Notes: generated by a model not told the origin, from the letters alone. 64,000 nt of DNA from an uncultured Ilumatobacter sp. (GCA_905480335.1 CAJQPY010000003.1:161457-225456); one strand, 5' to 3'; counted from the first letter of the stretch, positions 21,262 to 30,902 are shown. Program-made: numbers and translations.

Positions 21262-21403
21262 GGGAGTTATTCAACCACGACTGCACCGTCGAAGGCAAGT
21301 CGTGAACGTTTCTGTTAGCTCGTTGCCGCCAATGCCCCGTACCGGGTCCCAGGTATGGCTGGGCGAAACCAGAGCAACGGGTAGTTGTTCCCTGGCGAGA
21401 CGC

Positions 21404-22273
21404 CTAGGTGAGGTCAACGACATCTTGCAGCGCAGCGGCAGAGAGCGTGTTCTCCAAGAGACAGGCGATCGTCATCGGTCCGGTTCCGCCGGGCATGGGC
21501 GTGATCCAGCCAGCCACTTCGGCGACCGAGGCGAAATCGACATCGCCGACGATCCCGGCCTCGGTCCGCGACACGCCCACATCGATGACGGCAGCGCCCG
21601 GTTTGATCATGTCCGCAGTGATCATCCGCGCCTGCCCTGCGGCACCCACAACGATGTCGGCCTCTCGGACCACAGCCGCCATGTCACCCGTGCGGGAATG
21701 GGCCATGGTGACCGTGGCATCAACGCCCTTGCGGTTGAGTAACAGCGAGAGCGGCAACCCAACCAGCGTCGACCGTCCAATTACCACGGCACGCTGGCCA
21801 CTCGTCGGGATCTCGTACTTTTCAAGCAGCCGCATCACGCCGAGCGGTGTGCAGCTCACCAGTCCTGGACGACCCCGAACAAGGCGACCCATGGATCGTT
21901 CGGTCAGCCCGTCGACGTCCTTCTCCGCAGGCACCAGGTCGAGAACGGGTTCGGGATCAAGCCCCGAAGGCAGAGGTAACTGCACGAGAATGCCGTGTAC
22001 CGTCGGATCTGCAGCGAGCTCCCGAACGATTGCTTCGACTTCTTGTTGGGTGGCAGTAGCCGGAAGCTTGCGATGGCGGGACACCATGCCAGCCTCAGCC
22101 GCCTTCTTGTGCTTTGAGTTGACGTAGCGCCGCGACGGACCGTCGTCGCCGACGAGGACCGTTGCGAGACAGATCTCGGGCGACCCGAGGTCGGCGATGC
22201 GAATTGCTAGGCCGGCCACGGTCTCGTCACGAAGTGCGTTGCCGTCCATCGAGATCGCCGCCATGGCGCGCAC
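21404..22273 (-). CDS. folD: bifunctional methylenetetrahydrofolate dehydrogenase/cyclohydrolase
   Basis: 289-aa ORF with FolD-like layout (YVNSKHKKA, VIGRSTLVGLPL, PGGTGPMT). Confidence 0.9.
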   Translation of the reverse strand: MRAMAAISMDGNALRDETVAGLAIRIADLGSPEICLATVLVGDDGPSRRYVNSKHKKAAEAGMVSRHRKLPATATQQEVEAIVRELAADPTVHGILVQLPLPSGLDPEPVLDLVPAEKDVDGLTERSMGRLVRGRPGLVSCTPLGVMRLLEKYEIPTSGQRAVVIGRSTLVGLPLSLLLNRKGVDATVTMAHSRTGDMAAVVREADIVVGAAGQARMITADMIKPGAAVIDVGVSRTEAGIVGDVDFASVAEVAGWITPMPGGTGPMTIACLLENTLSAAALQDVVDLT

Positions 22274-22486
22274 GCTACCCCAGCGACGTCGGGTCCTGCG
22301 ACAACAAATCGGATCTGCCAGCGCAATAAGACCTTCGCAGGACGACGGAGGTTTCAGCTCCCGGAGCCTGAATCAGATCCCACGGAATTTGATGTCCTCC
22401 GAGAGGGCCATTCGCCGGCAAGTCCCGAAGCGGCGGCGATGAGCCTTGCTCAGCGACGACTGCTCGCAGCGACGTATTCAAATGAT

Positions 22487-23788
22487 CTAGCCTGCCTCGG
22501 AGTGGGTGACGGCGGTTTCACCCATCCACTCGCGCAAGGTGTTCTTGAGCTTGGTCTGCTGAATGAACAGGTCGGCCTCGGCTGGGACTTCACCGGCGGC
22601 CTGAGGGGCCTTTAGGTAAAAGCTGAGCCACTCCTGAACTCCGCTTTCGCCCGCCCGGTGTGCAAGGTCCATGAATAGTGCGAGGTCGAGCACTATCGGC
22701 GCCGCAAGAATCGAGTCGCGGCAGAGGAAGTCGACCTTGATCTGCATTGGGTAGCCGAGCCAGCCGAAAATGTCGATGTTGTCCCAACCTTCCTTATTGT
22801 CTCCACGCGGGGGGTAGTAGTTAATGCGCACAACGTGGTCGATGTTGCCGTAGAGGTCGGGATAGACCTCAGGCTGCAAAATGCCGTCGAGCACGCCGAG
22901 TTTTGAGACTTCCTTCGACTTGAAGTTTTCCGGATCGTCGAGCACTTCGCCGTCACGGTTGCCGAGGATGTTGGTCGAGAACCACCCGCGTACCCCGAGC
23001 ATGCGGGCCTTGAAGCCGGGCGCGAGCAGGGTTTTCATTAGCGTCTGGCCGGTCTTGAAATCCTTTCCGGCGATCGGGACACCATTGGTCTTCGACAACT
23101 CGATCATGCAGTCGAGGTCGGTGGTGAGGTTCGGAGCACCGTTGGCGTATGGAACATCGCTTTGCAGCGCGGCGTAGCAGTAGATCTGCGAGGGCGAGAT
23201 GTTCTCGTCGTCGTCGCGCAGTCCCTGCTCGAACGAGGCGACGGTGGCGTGCACTGCCGATGGCTCCTGATACGCCTCGGTAGAGCCGCACCACACGATG
23301 ACGAGCCTGTCACAGCCATTCTCCTCTTTGAAGCGAGCCATATCAGTGATCAATGCCTCCGCTTGGTCCCACTTGTTCGGAATGTCCTTGACGCGAACGC
23401 CGTCCAAACGGCTCACCCAGCGCTGGTCGAACACGGCCTCCATCGGGACGATGCCTTCCATCTCGGCGGAGATGGCATCGAGGTCGCTGCCTTCGAGCAC
23501 GCCGGCGGTCTTCGCCGCTTCCATCGCGTTGGACGAAATCGGATCCCAGCCACCGAACACAATGTCGTCGAGTTCAGCGAGCGGCACGAACTCCTTGATC
23601 AGCGGGTTGCGGTTCTCCTCCTTCGTTCCGAGGCGGATGTGGGCCATCTGCGATACCGAACCAATCGGCGCGGAAATGCCTTGGCGGGCAGCGAGTACGC
23701 CGGCGATGAACGTGGAGGCAACAGCTCCCATGCCGGGGGTGAGGATGCCGAGCTTGCCGGCGGCGGGTGCGATGTCACGAGCTGTCAT
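22487..23788 (-). CDS. inositol-3-phosphate synthase, long (eukaryote-like) form
   Basis: STNILGNRDG and CRDSILAAPIVLDL resemble the MIPS core (compare LGNNDG, CEDSLLA.P.IIDL). The ATG at 23788 (MTARDIAP) is preferred to the TTG at 23806. Confidence 0.7.
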   Translation of the reverse strand: MTARDIAPAAGKLGILTPGMGAVASTFIAGVLAARQGISAPIGSVSQMAHIRLGTKEENRNPLIKEFVPLAELDDIVFGGWDPISSNAMEAAKTAGVLEGSDLDAISAEMEGIVPMEAVFDQRWVSRLDGVRVKDIPNKWDQAEALITDMARFKEENGCDRLVIVWCGSTEAYQEPSAVHATVASFEQGLRDDDENISPSQIYCYAALQSDVPYANGAPNLTTDLDCMIELSKTNGVPIAGKDFKTGQTLMKTLLAPGFKARMLGVRGWFSTNILGNRDGEVLDDPENFKSKEVSKLGVLDGILQPEVYPDLYGNIDHVVRINYYPPRGDNKEGWDNIDIFGWLGYPMQIKVDFLCRDSILAAPIVLDLALFMDLAHRAGESGVQEWLSFYLKAPQAAGEVPAEADLFIQQTKLKNTLREWMGETAVTHSEAG

Positions 23789-23796
23789 GCCCAACA

Positions 23797-23850
23797 GAGT
23801 AAGCAACCATGTATTACTTTATCTATTAGTGAAGAATAACTGAACTATCC
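23797..23850. promoter_or_regulatory. AT-rich divergent control region with dyads (candidate LysR operator/promoters)
   Basis: GTAAGCAACCATGTATTACTTTATCTATTAGTGAAGAATAACTGAACTATCC contains ACT-N9-AGT and TAGT-N13-ACTA dyads between the divergent LysR and MIPS genes. Confidence 0.3.
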
Positions 23851-23858
23851 TGCGTGGG

Positions 23859-24746
23859 GTGTCACCCGCTGCAGTCCCGTTTTCATTGCCCGACATTTCG
23901 ATCCGTCAGTTGGAGTACCTGATCGCAGTTGCCGACGCACCGACGTGGAAGGTTGCGGCCGATCGCGTGGGGGTCAGTGCATCGGCGCTGTCTCAGGGCC
24001 TTGCCGAACTCGAACGTCGAATCGGCGTTCAGTTATTCGAGGCGCACGGACGACGGCGGGTGCTGCGAACCACCTGTCGGCCCGTGCTTGACCATGCCCG
24101 GCTGGTCGTGACGTCCACGTCTGACCTGGTTGACTGGGCGAGGCGCCTGAGAACGGCGGCGACTGGGCGCGTTCGGCTCGGGATGATCGACGTTGCAGCG
24201 GTGACCCACTTCCCCGATGTACTGCGGGCGTTTCGCGCCGAGCAAAACGACGTCGACCTCACCCTGTCGGTTGCACCGTCACGCGCCTTACTCTCGGACC
24301 TGAAGAGCGGGGCCCTCGACCTCGCCGTGTGCGTCGAGCCCACGACGCCGATTCACGGAATCACCACTATCTCACTGCTGAGCGAGCAACTCCTGGTCTA
24401 CGGGCCTCCGGGCGTCACCCTCGGCCCACCTGCGACCTGGGGACCGTGGGTCCTGTTTCCCGCTGGTTCGCACACCCGGCACGCCGTGACAACAAGCCTA
24501 GCTGCCCGTGGCGCTCCGCTAGACGTGGTTGCCGAATCGCACCAACCCGACGTGCTCCGCGAGATGGTGCTGCTCGGGCTCGGATGGACCGTGCTCCCCC
24601 GCAGTCAGGGCGAACTCGGCAATCTCGAACTGACAGTCGGCGAGCAAATCACGAAACGCCGCCTCGTACTGGCGCGTCGCCGTGATGCGATTACCGACCC
24701 GGCGGTCGACGAACTAGGCGACCGCCTGCTCCACCGTCGCAATTGA
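23859..24746 (+). CDS. LysR-family transcriptional regulator
   Basis: 295-aa ORF with the N-terminal wHTH IRQLEYLIAVADAPTWKVAADRVGVSASALSQGLAELERRIGVQLFE and an LTTR substrate-domain length. Confidence 0.88.
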   Translation: MSPAAVPFSLPDISIRQLEYLIAVADAPTWKVAADRVGVSASALSQGLAELERRIGVQLFEAHGRRRVLRTTCRPVLDHARLVVTSTSDLVDWARRLRTAATGRVRLGMIDVAAVTHFPDVLRAFRAEQNDVDLTLSVAPSRALLSDLKSGALDLAVCVEPTTPIHGITTISLLSEQLLVYGPPGVTLGPPATWGPWVLFPAGSHTRHAVTTSLAARGAPLDVVAESHQPDVLREMVLLGLGWTVLPRSQGELGNLELTVGEQITKRRLVLARRRDAITDPAVDELGDRLLHRRN

Positions 24747-25042
24747 TGGCCATCAGCTCGGCAGGATCGCGCTCTGGTGCGGCATTTCTTCTCCTGTCCG
24801 GAAGTCCAGCGACGGGCCAGCACAGTCAAACCGCGCTGGGTTGATCGGCGCCAAATCGGGCAGACCCTTGGCGAAATCCTCTCCATCGAACGGTATGCCG
24901 CTTACTGACCGCGACCGACAGGTCGCCTTCGGTCGTTGCGGCGATGATCACGCCGTTGACCAAACCCCACAAACCGCTTGTCGTTCCAGGTGAGATGCCC
25001 GTACTTTCCCGGCCGGCCTCGCTACGCGTCAGGTCAAAGTCA

Positions 25043-25087
25043 GCGTTGGGCGTTGGGCGTTGGGCGTTGGGCGTTGGGCGTTGGGCG
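25043..25087. repeat. heptanucleotide tandem repeat (GCGTTGG) x 6.4
   Basis: Six perfect head-to-tail copies plus GCG, 90 bp downstream of the 5-FCL stop in a region with no intact gene. Confidence 0.95.
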
Positions 25088-25176
25088 AGATTGTCGACAG
25101 CATCTGGTCCCAGATGTCGAACGTTGACGCCGAATTCGATGGCGACAGGGTCAACTCGGACGCAAACGGCGGCGTC

Positions 25177-25719
25177 TCACGGCGTCGTTCGCCTATGCGT
25201 CCAGGTCGGCCCAACCTCGGAGACGATGCAATCGAGTTCGATGTCGTGGACATCGGTGGGCACGATGTCCACGACTTGTGGTTCGAATCCGATCCCGATG
25301 GTGAGTGCATCCTTTCGCCGACCCTGCAGAAAGCGGTCGTACCAACCGCCGCCTTGCCCCAGCCGTTGACCCTTCAGAGTGAAAGCTGTGCCCGGCACAA
25401 TGATTGCGTCGGGCCAATCAGGCGAGACGTCGTCCTCCGGCATGCGCACGTCGACACCGCGTGCCCGAAGCCAGCCGACGACAGATACCGGGTCCACCTC
25501 ACCAAGGACCGCCTTGTAGGCCATCACCCGCGATGCTGCCGCCAGCGCAGGCAAAGCGACGAGATGTTCGGCGATGATGGCCGAGCGACGTTCACGATCC
25601 GGAAGCTCACGGCGCATCCGTCGCATCGAATCACGAAGGATTCGTTTGGCATCGACCTGGCACTCACCACCGTCCGGATTGCCGTTCATCACAATGCGGG
25701 AGCGTACAGTTCGACCCAT
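25177..25719 (-). CDS. 5-formyltetrahydrofolate cyclo-ligase
   Basis: 180-aa ORF with the C-terminal GQGGGWYDRFL motif (G.G.GYYDR) and family-typical length. The start is uncertain (ATG at 25719 or an internal Met). Confidence 0.8.
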   Translation of the reverse strand: MGRTVRSRIVMNGNPDGGECQVDAKRILRDSMRRMRRELPDRERRSAIIAEHLVALPALAAASRVMAYKAVLGEVDPVSVVGWLRARGVDVRMPEDDVSPDWPDAIIVPGTAFTLKGQRLGQGGGWYDRFLQGRRKDALTIGIGFEPQVVDIVPTDVHDIELDCIVSEVGPTWTHRRTTP

Positions 25720-26242
25720 GACTGCTCTGCCGGATAAGGCCTTCGACTCGGATCATTTCCGCATGGTGATGGGACACTTCCCTACCGGAGTGACGGTTGT
25801 AACGGGCCGGGACGCTGGCGGGTCTCCCCACGGATTCACTATCGGCTCGTTTACATCGGTGTCACTCGATCCACCGATGGTCGGCTTTCTTCCCCAGATC
25901 GGGTCCGCGACGTGGGAAGCGATTTCTGCGTCAGGCAGCTTCTGCGTCAACGTGTTGAGTGATCAGCAAAGCGATCTGTGCTGGAAATTCGCCAAGTCCA
26001 CCAACGACGCCTCGCGATTCGACGGCGTCAAATGGCATGCAGCACCGTTGGGGTCGCCGATTCTCGATCGCGCCGTTGCCTGGATCGACTGTGCAGTGGA
26101 GCACGTGTACGACATGGGCGACCACCACTTCGTGCTCGGCCGGGTCAAAGGGCTTGACGCCGACGCCGATCATGACGGTCGCCCGCCCGAGCCTTTACTG
26201 TTCTTCAAAGGCACGCTCGGCGGGTTCGCCTCCGAGGGCTGA
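25718..26242 (+). CDS. flavin reductase-like FMN-binding protein
   Basis: FPTGVTVVTGRD...HGFTIGSFTSVSLDPPMV is an HpaC/NADH:FMN oxidoreductase-type split barrel. The start is taken at MTALPDK. Confidence 0.8.
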   Translation: MTALPDKAFDSDHFRMVMGHFPTGVTVVTGRDAGGSPHGFTIGSFTSVSLDPPMVGFLPQIGSATWEAISASGSFCVNVLSDQQSDLCWKFAKSTNDASRFDGVKWHAAPLGSPILDRAVAWIDCAVEHVYDMGDHHFVLGRVKGLDADADHDGRPPEPLLFFKGTLGGFASEG

Positions 26243-26270
26243 TCGCCCCCTCGACAGGCAGACTGTTGGA

Positions 26271-26645
26271 ATGCAGAATCGCCTTCCGATCGCCGCCGGC
26301 CTCGACATGTTCGTCGTAATCGCATTTGTCGCAATCGGGCGCCGCAACCACGACGAGAACCCCGGACTCGCAGGACTTGTTGACACCGCTGCCCCATTCG
26401 TGCTCGGGCTCGTCCTGGCGTGGACAGTCGCCCAGGCGTGGAGCGCCCCGTGGAGCGGGAGGACCGGTCTTATCGTCTGGCTCGGCACGGTTGCCGGAGG
26501 GATGGTGCTCCGTAAGTTCCTCTTCGACGAGGGCACGGCGCTGTCGTTCGTTATCGTCACGACCGTCTTCCTTGGCACGTTCCTGAACGGCTGGCGAGCG
26601 TTTGCACGGTCCTTCGCCGACCATCGCGCACCGTCGGACACCTAA
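26271..26645 (+). CDS. DUF3054-like small membrane protein
   Basis: The ATG at 26271 gives a 124-aa protein with four predicted TMs and VAIGRRNHDE after TM1. Confidence 0.6.
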   Translation: MQNRLPIAAGLDMFVVIAFVAIGRRNHDENPGLAGLVDTAAPFVLGLVLAWTVAQAWSAPWSGRTGLIVWLGTVAGGMVLRKFLFDEGTALSFVIVTTVFLGTFLNGWRAFARSFADHRAPSDT

Positions 26646-26669
26646 TCCCGACTCGACGTTCAGTCAGGA

Positions 26670-26888
26670 TCACCCTCGCACTGAAACGGCCCCATAACCT
26701 TCTGCGACGGGGATCTCCTCTGCCCGGGTCGGTGGGACCATGAACTCATCGGGCATCGTCGGCTGCGCCACATACGGGTAGTCGTACGTGCTGCGGGAGA
26801 GAGCCGTGAACGTCACGGAGATGAACGACGCAACGTTGACATCGTCATCAGGTTGAAATCGGAGCACCTCAAACTTCCTGCTCGCCAC
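26670..26888 (-). CDS. hypothetical small protein
   Basis: 72-codon ORF (GTG start) with G/C-biased third positions. No recognisable motif. Confidence 0.35.
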   Translation of the reverse strand: MASRKFEVLRFQPDDDVNVASFISVTFTALSRSTYDYPYVAQPTMPDEFMVPPTRAEEIPVAEGYGAVSVRG

Positions 26889-27233
26889 TGCAGTAGGAAC
26901 GCGGGCAAATCAGACGCACAAAGAAATGGGTTTTCAAGTGTGTCACCAACCGAAATATCTACGCGTTTGGGCGCCGCCACTGACCTGGGACTTACGAGCG
27001 GTTCATATGGGAAGCTGGCCGATGACTGCAGCAACTTCCTCGTCGGCAAGGGACGCCCCGTCCACCACCGAAGCAGACTCCATTCCTACCGGTCGAAGTG
27101 AGCAAGTAGGGGGTGCGACCGTCTCGTCGAGATCATCGCAGATGCTGCCGGCTACCACTCAACGCGCAACTAGCCCATTCAGTTCCCAAACCCGGTGCGT
27201 CGCGAAGTCCCGCAGTTTGACAGGCTGGCCGCA

Positions 27234-28463
27234 ATGAGTGCTCTCGACAGCCCGGCCGACCCCACGACTCTCGGATTCGATCCAGCGCGACTGCAACGAA
27301 TCGACAGCCATTTCGCCGATTACGTGGATTCCGGGCGCCTCGCAGGCTGGCAAGTTGCGATCATGCGCGACGGACAGCTGGCGCACCATTCGACCTACGG
27401 GAAACGAAACCTCGAGACCGGCGTCGAGTGGGCGCCCGACACCATCGCCCGGATGTATTCGATGTCAAAGCCGATCACTTCTGCGGCAGCGATGATCCTG
27501 CATGAAGAGGGTCATTTCCAGCTTAAGGATCCGGTCTCAAAGTTCATCTCGTCGTTCGCCGATACGCCCGTCTACCGCAGCGGTTCAATCCAGGCTCCGG
27601 TGACTGAGCCGCAAACCGAGCAGATGCGGATCTGGCATTTGCTCACGCACACGTCGGGCCTCACGTACGGCTTCCACAACTCCCACGCGACCGATGCGAT
27701 CTACCGCAACGCCGGATTCGAATGGGGGGCTCCTGCCGGGCTCGACCTCGAAGCCACTTGCAACGGGTGGGCTGAACTTCCTCTCGTGTTCCAACCCGGC
27801 ACAGAATGGAACTACGGCGTGTCGACCGACGTCCTCGGTCGGATTGTGGAAGTGGTCTCCGGGCAATCGCTCGACGTGTTCCTGCGTGAACGCATTCTCG
27901 ACCCGCTCGGCATGAATGACACGGAATTCTGGGTGCCCGAGGACAAGCAGGACCGGTTTGCGAGCCTCTACTTTCGGAACCCATCGACGAAGCAGGCGAC
28001 GAAGATGCGCACTCCGTCGCTGCGATCGAAACCGACAATGCTGAGCGGAGGCGGTGGCCTCTGCGGCACAGCGACCGACTATCTGCGCTTCAGCCAAATG
28101 CTGCTGAACAAGGGCCAACTCGACGGCGTCCGGGTCCTTGGGTCGCGCACCGTGGACTACATGACCCGTAATCATCTCCCGGGTGGCGCGGAGCTTGAGG
28201 CCCTTGCCCGGCCAACATTTGCGGAGACAGCGTTCGACGGAGTCGGTTTCGGGCTTGGGTTCTCGGTCATCCTCGACGCTGCCGCAAGCCGCTCGCCAGG
28301 GACTGAGGGCAGCTACTCGTGGGGCGGCGCCGCCAGCACGATCTTCTGGAACGACCCGGTAGAAAACCTCACTGCGCTCTTCCTCACCCAGCTGTTGCCA
28401 TCGAGCACGTACCCGATCAGGCCACAGCTCCAACAGCTCGTGTACCAGGCGCTCGTCGACTGA
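27234..28463 (+). CDS. serine hydrolase, beta-lactamase (class C/esterase) family
   Basis: SxxK motif (YSMSKPITS) and a YxN-like AIYRN. The ATG at 27234 is preferred. Confidence 0.85.
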   Translation: MSALDSPADPTTLGFDPARLQRIDSHFADYVDSGRLAGWQVAIMRDGQLAHHSTYGKRNLETGVEWAPDTIARMYSMSKPITSAAAMILHEEGHFQLKDPVSKFISSFADTPVYRSGSIQAPVTEPQTEQMRIWHLLTHTSGLTYGFHNSHATDAIYRNAGFEWGAPAGLDLEATCNGWAELPLVFQPGTEWNYGVSTDVLGRIVEVVSGQSLDVFLRERILDPLGMNDTEFWVPEDKQDRFASLYFRNPSTKQATKMRTPSLRSKPTMLSGGGGLCGTATDYLRFSQMLLNKGQLDGVRVLGSRTVDYMTRNHLPGGAELEALARPTFAETAFDGVGFGLGFSVILDAAASRSPGTEGSYSWGGAASTIFWNDPVENLTALFLTQLLPSSTYPIRPQLQQLVYQALVD

Positions 28464-28484
28464 TAGCACTTCACTGAATTTCGG

Positions 28485-28670
28485 TTAATTGTCGCTGCGC
28501 AACCTGAAGTACAGCCAGAGGAGCGCTCCGATTACGACGAGAATTGCAACGAATCGCAGCAGCACTCGGACCGCCCCGAAGATCCAACCGAAGAAGAAGT
28601 ACACGATCAGCGCGACGATCAACCAACCGATGATTGAGGCGAGCAACGATCTCGGTCGGGACTCGGGCAT
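28485..28670 (-). CDS. small two-TM membrane protein
   Basis: 61-aa ORF, LLASIIGWLIVALIVYFFFGWIFG...FVAILVVIGALLWLYF. The overlapping 142-aa frame turns Arg-rich in this span. Confidence 0.5.
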   Translation of the reverse strand: MPESRPRSLLASIIGWLIVALIVYFFFGWIFGAVRVLLRFVAILVVIGALLWLYFRLRSDN

Positions 28671-29077
28671 CGGACCAGCCTAAGGCAATCCACCCGACGC
28701 AGGATCGTGAAAGCGTGCTCGGAATGGCTGCCTGTGCCTCCAGGGTGACCGTGAGTTCACTTCGGAATATCGAGCGACGGACACCCACGTCATCGTTTCC
28801 GCTGGCGTCCGCTGCGCTGTAGTGCTCACCGGTACAGGTCCATGCTGGTCTGCTCCCGACATCCGTAATGGGGATCTCGTTGTGCGGTGGTGTGATCATT
28901 TAGAACGGTGGGCTGGGGTGTCTCCACGGACGCCGCGTCGACGCAGAACAGCGGCGACAGATGAGATCTGGTCCAGCCTTGACTGTTCGTTGACCCAGCC
29001 GCCAGCCACGAAAGCGTTAATGTGCACCGTCGCGGCCCCGACCACTCCGCTGTTTGCGAAGTCTCGGGCCCAGCGAA

Positions 29078-30811
29078 TCAGAGGGTGTTGGTGATCGCTC
29101 CGGTTTCGGCGCCCTGCACCAGGCGGGCGTACTTACCGAGCACGCCGGTGGTGTAGCGGGGTGTATTCGGCTGCCATCCCTGCTTACGCCGGGCCAGCGT
29201 CGCGTCGTCGACGTGCAGGTCGAGGGTCTTGGTCGGCACGTCGACCAAGATGATGTCGCCCTCCTCAATAAAAGCGATCGGTCCACCGTCGGCAGCCTCC
29301 GGTGCAACGTGGCCGATACAGAAACCCCACGTGCCACCCGAGAATCGTCCGTCGGTGATCAGTGCGACGTCGCCACCGCGACCTGCACCTTTCAGCGCAC
29401 CGGTGATAGCGAGCATCTCGCGCATACCCGGGCCACCCTTCGGGCCCTCGTAGCGAATGACGATCACATCGCCAGCATTGATCTGTCCCGCGAGGATCGC
29501 TTCCATTGCGAACGACTCGTCGTCGTAGACGCGCGCAGGACCCTCGAAATGCATCTGCTCGGCGCTCAGGCCTGCGACCTTTACAACCGATCCGTTTGGC
29601 GCAAGCGACCCAGTGAGAATGTTGATGCCACCCTCATCGTGGATCGGTGCGTCGACCGGATGCACAACGACGCCATCAGGATCCGGGAGATTCATTTCGA
29701 CGAGGTTCTCGGCCATCGTCTTGCCCGTGACGGTCATGCAGCCACCGTTGATCATCCCGTTGTCGAACAAGTGCTTGAGCACCATCGGCACGCCACCAAC
29801 CTTGTCGAGGTCGCTCATATGGAACTTGCCGCCTGGCGTCATGTCGGCGATGTGGGGAACTCGGTCAGCGATTCGGTTGAAATCGTCGAGCTCAAGCGCG
29901 ACACCGGCCTCGTTTGCAATGGCCAGCAGATGCAGCACTGCGTTGGTCGAACCGCCGAGCGCTGAGGTGAGTGCGATCGCGTTCTCAAAGGCTGCCTTCG
30001 TCATCACCTGGCGCGGCGTGATGCCGAGCCGCAACTGGTTAACGACGGCTTCACCCGCCCGGCGGGCGTCGACCTCGCGGCGGCTGTCGATGGCCGGCGG
30101 TGATGCGGAACCAGGGAGGCTCATGCCGAGCGCTTCCGCGATCGAACTCATTGTGTTTGCCGTGAACATGCCTCCGCAGGCACCTTCGCCCGGGCACGCC
30201 TTGACCTCGATGTCATGAAGTTCCTGATCGTCGATCGTGCCGGCAGCATGCGCGCCGACCGCTTCGAACACCGAAGTGATGTCGAGCGCCTTGCCGTTGT
30301 GTTCACCTGGCATGATTGAGCCGTTGTAGACGAACACCGACGCGAGATTGAGCCGGGCGGCTGCCATCAACATGCCGGGGATCGACTTGTCACAACCGGC
30401 GAGTCCGACGAAACCGTCAAGGCGTTCGGCGTGCATCACCGTCTCAACGGAGTCGGTGATGACCTCGCGAGAGACCAGCGACGCCCGCATGCCTTCATGG
30501 CCCATCGAGATGCCATCGGACACGGTGATCGTGCCGAACTCCATCCCGAACCCACCGGCCGCGGCTACTCCAGCTTTTGCGTGTTCGGCCAACTTTCGCA
30601 GCGTCATGTTGCACGGCGTGACCTCATTCCACGACGACGCGATCGCCACCTGCGGCTTGTCCCAATCGTCGTCGCTCATGCCGATCGCACGCAACATTGA
30701 GCGGGACGGAGCCTTCTGCATGCCATCGGTGACGTCTCGCGACCGCGGTTTAATGTCCACGGGGGTATCTGCGCTTGCTTGCGCCGTCTTATCGGATTCA
30801 TCTGCAGGCAT
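29078..30811 (-). CDS. ilvD: dihydroxy-acid dehydratase
   Basis: 577-aa ORF in the IlvD/Edd family ([28 protein letters not shown]). Confidence 0.93.
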   Translation of the reverse strand: MPADESDKTAQASADTPVDIKPRSRDVTDGMQKAPSRSMLRAIGMSDDDWDKPQVAIASSWNEVTPCNMTLRKLAEHAKAGVAAAGGFGMEFGTITVSDGISMGHEGMRASLVSREVITDSVETVMHAERLDGFVGLAGCDKSIPGMLMAAARLNLASVFVYNGSIMPGEHNGKALDITSVFEAVGAHAAGTIDDQELHDIEVKACPGEGACGGMFTANTMSSIAEALGMSLPGSASPPAIDSRREVDARRAGEAVVNQLRLGITPRQVMTKAAFENAIALTSALGGSTNAVLHLLAIANEAGVALELDDFNRIADRVPHIADMTPGGKFHMSDLDKVGGVPMVLKHLFDNGMINGGCMTVTGKTMAENLVEMNLPDPDGVVVHPVDAPIHDEGGINILTGSLAPNGSVVKVAGLSAEQMHFEGPARVYDDESFAMEAILAGQINAGDVIVIRYEGPKGGPGMREMLAITGALKGAGRGGDVALITDGRFSGGTWGFCIGHVAPEAADGGPIAFIEEGDIILVDVPTKTLDLHVDDATLARRKQGWQPNTPRYTTGVLGKYARLVQGAETGAITNTL

Positions 30812-30902
30812 GGCGTTCAGAGTAGTGGCCGGCGACCATGTTGGGCCTGGTGTTCCGCAAACCCGTGCGGCGACCTTGCGTTATTCGGGCCAGAATGAGG
30901 AG

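Noticed and set aside
22274-22486. ZTP (pfl) or THF riboswitch, or a 68-aa coupled ORF, in the folD leader
   Set aside because: GUGGGA...CCGGGAGC and CGCUGGGG partly resemble ZTP elements, but the conserved ACUGGCG and CCGCCUGGGC segments are not present. The 68-aa TTG-initiated ORF has weak codon bias and no motifs.
24753-25179. Possible read-through of the 5-FCL TGA stop: the same frame stays open for about 107 codons through the repeat
   Set aside because: The 5-FCL protein is already full length for its family with its C-terminal motif. There is no SECIS-like hairpin and no redox motif at this TGA, and long open frames are expected by chance at this GC content.
24944-25737. Plus-strand ORFs (141 aa and 225 aa) running through the heptamer repeat (ALGVGRWALGVGRWA)
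   Set aside because: They are largely antisense to the 5-formyl-THF cyclo-ligase gene. The repeat-encoded peptide is an artefact of reading a 7-nt repeat in frame.
27585-28469. 294-aa minus-strand ORF
   Set aside because: It is antisense to the beta-lactamase-family gene, which has an SxxK motif, and it has no recognisable features.
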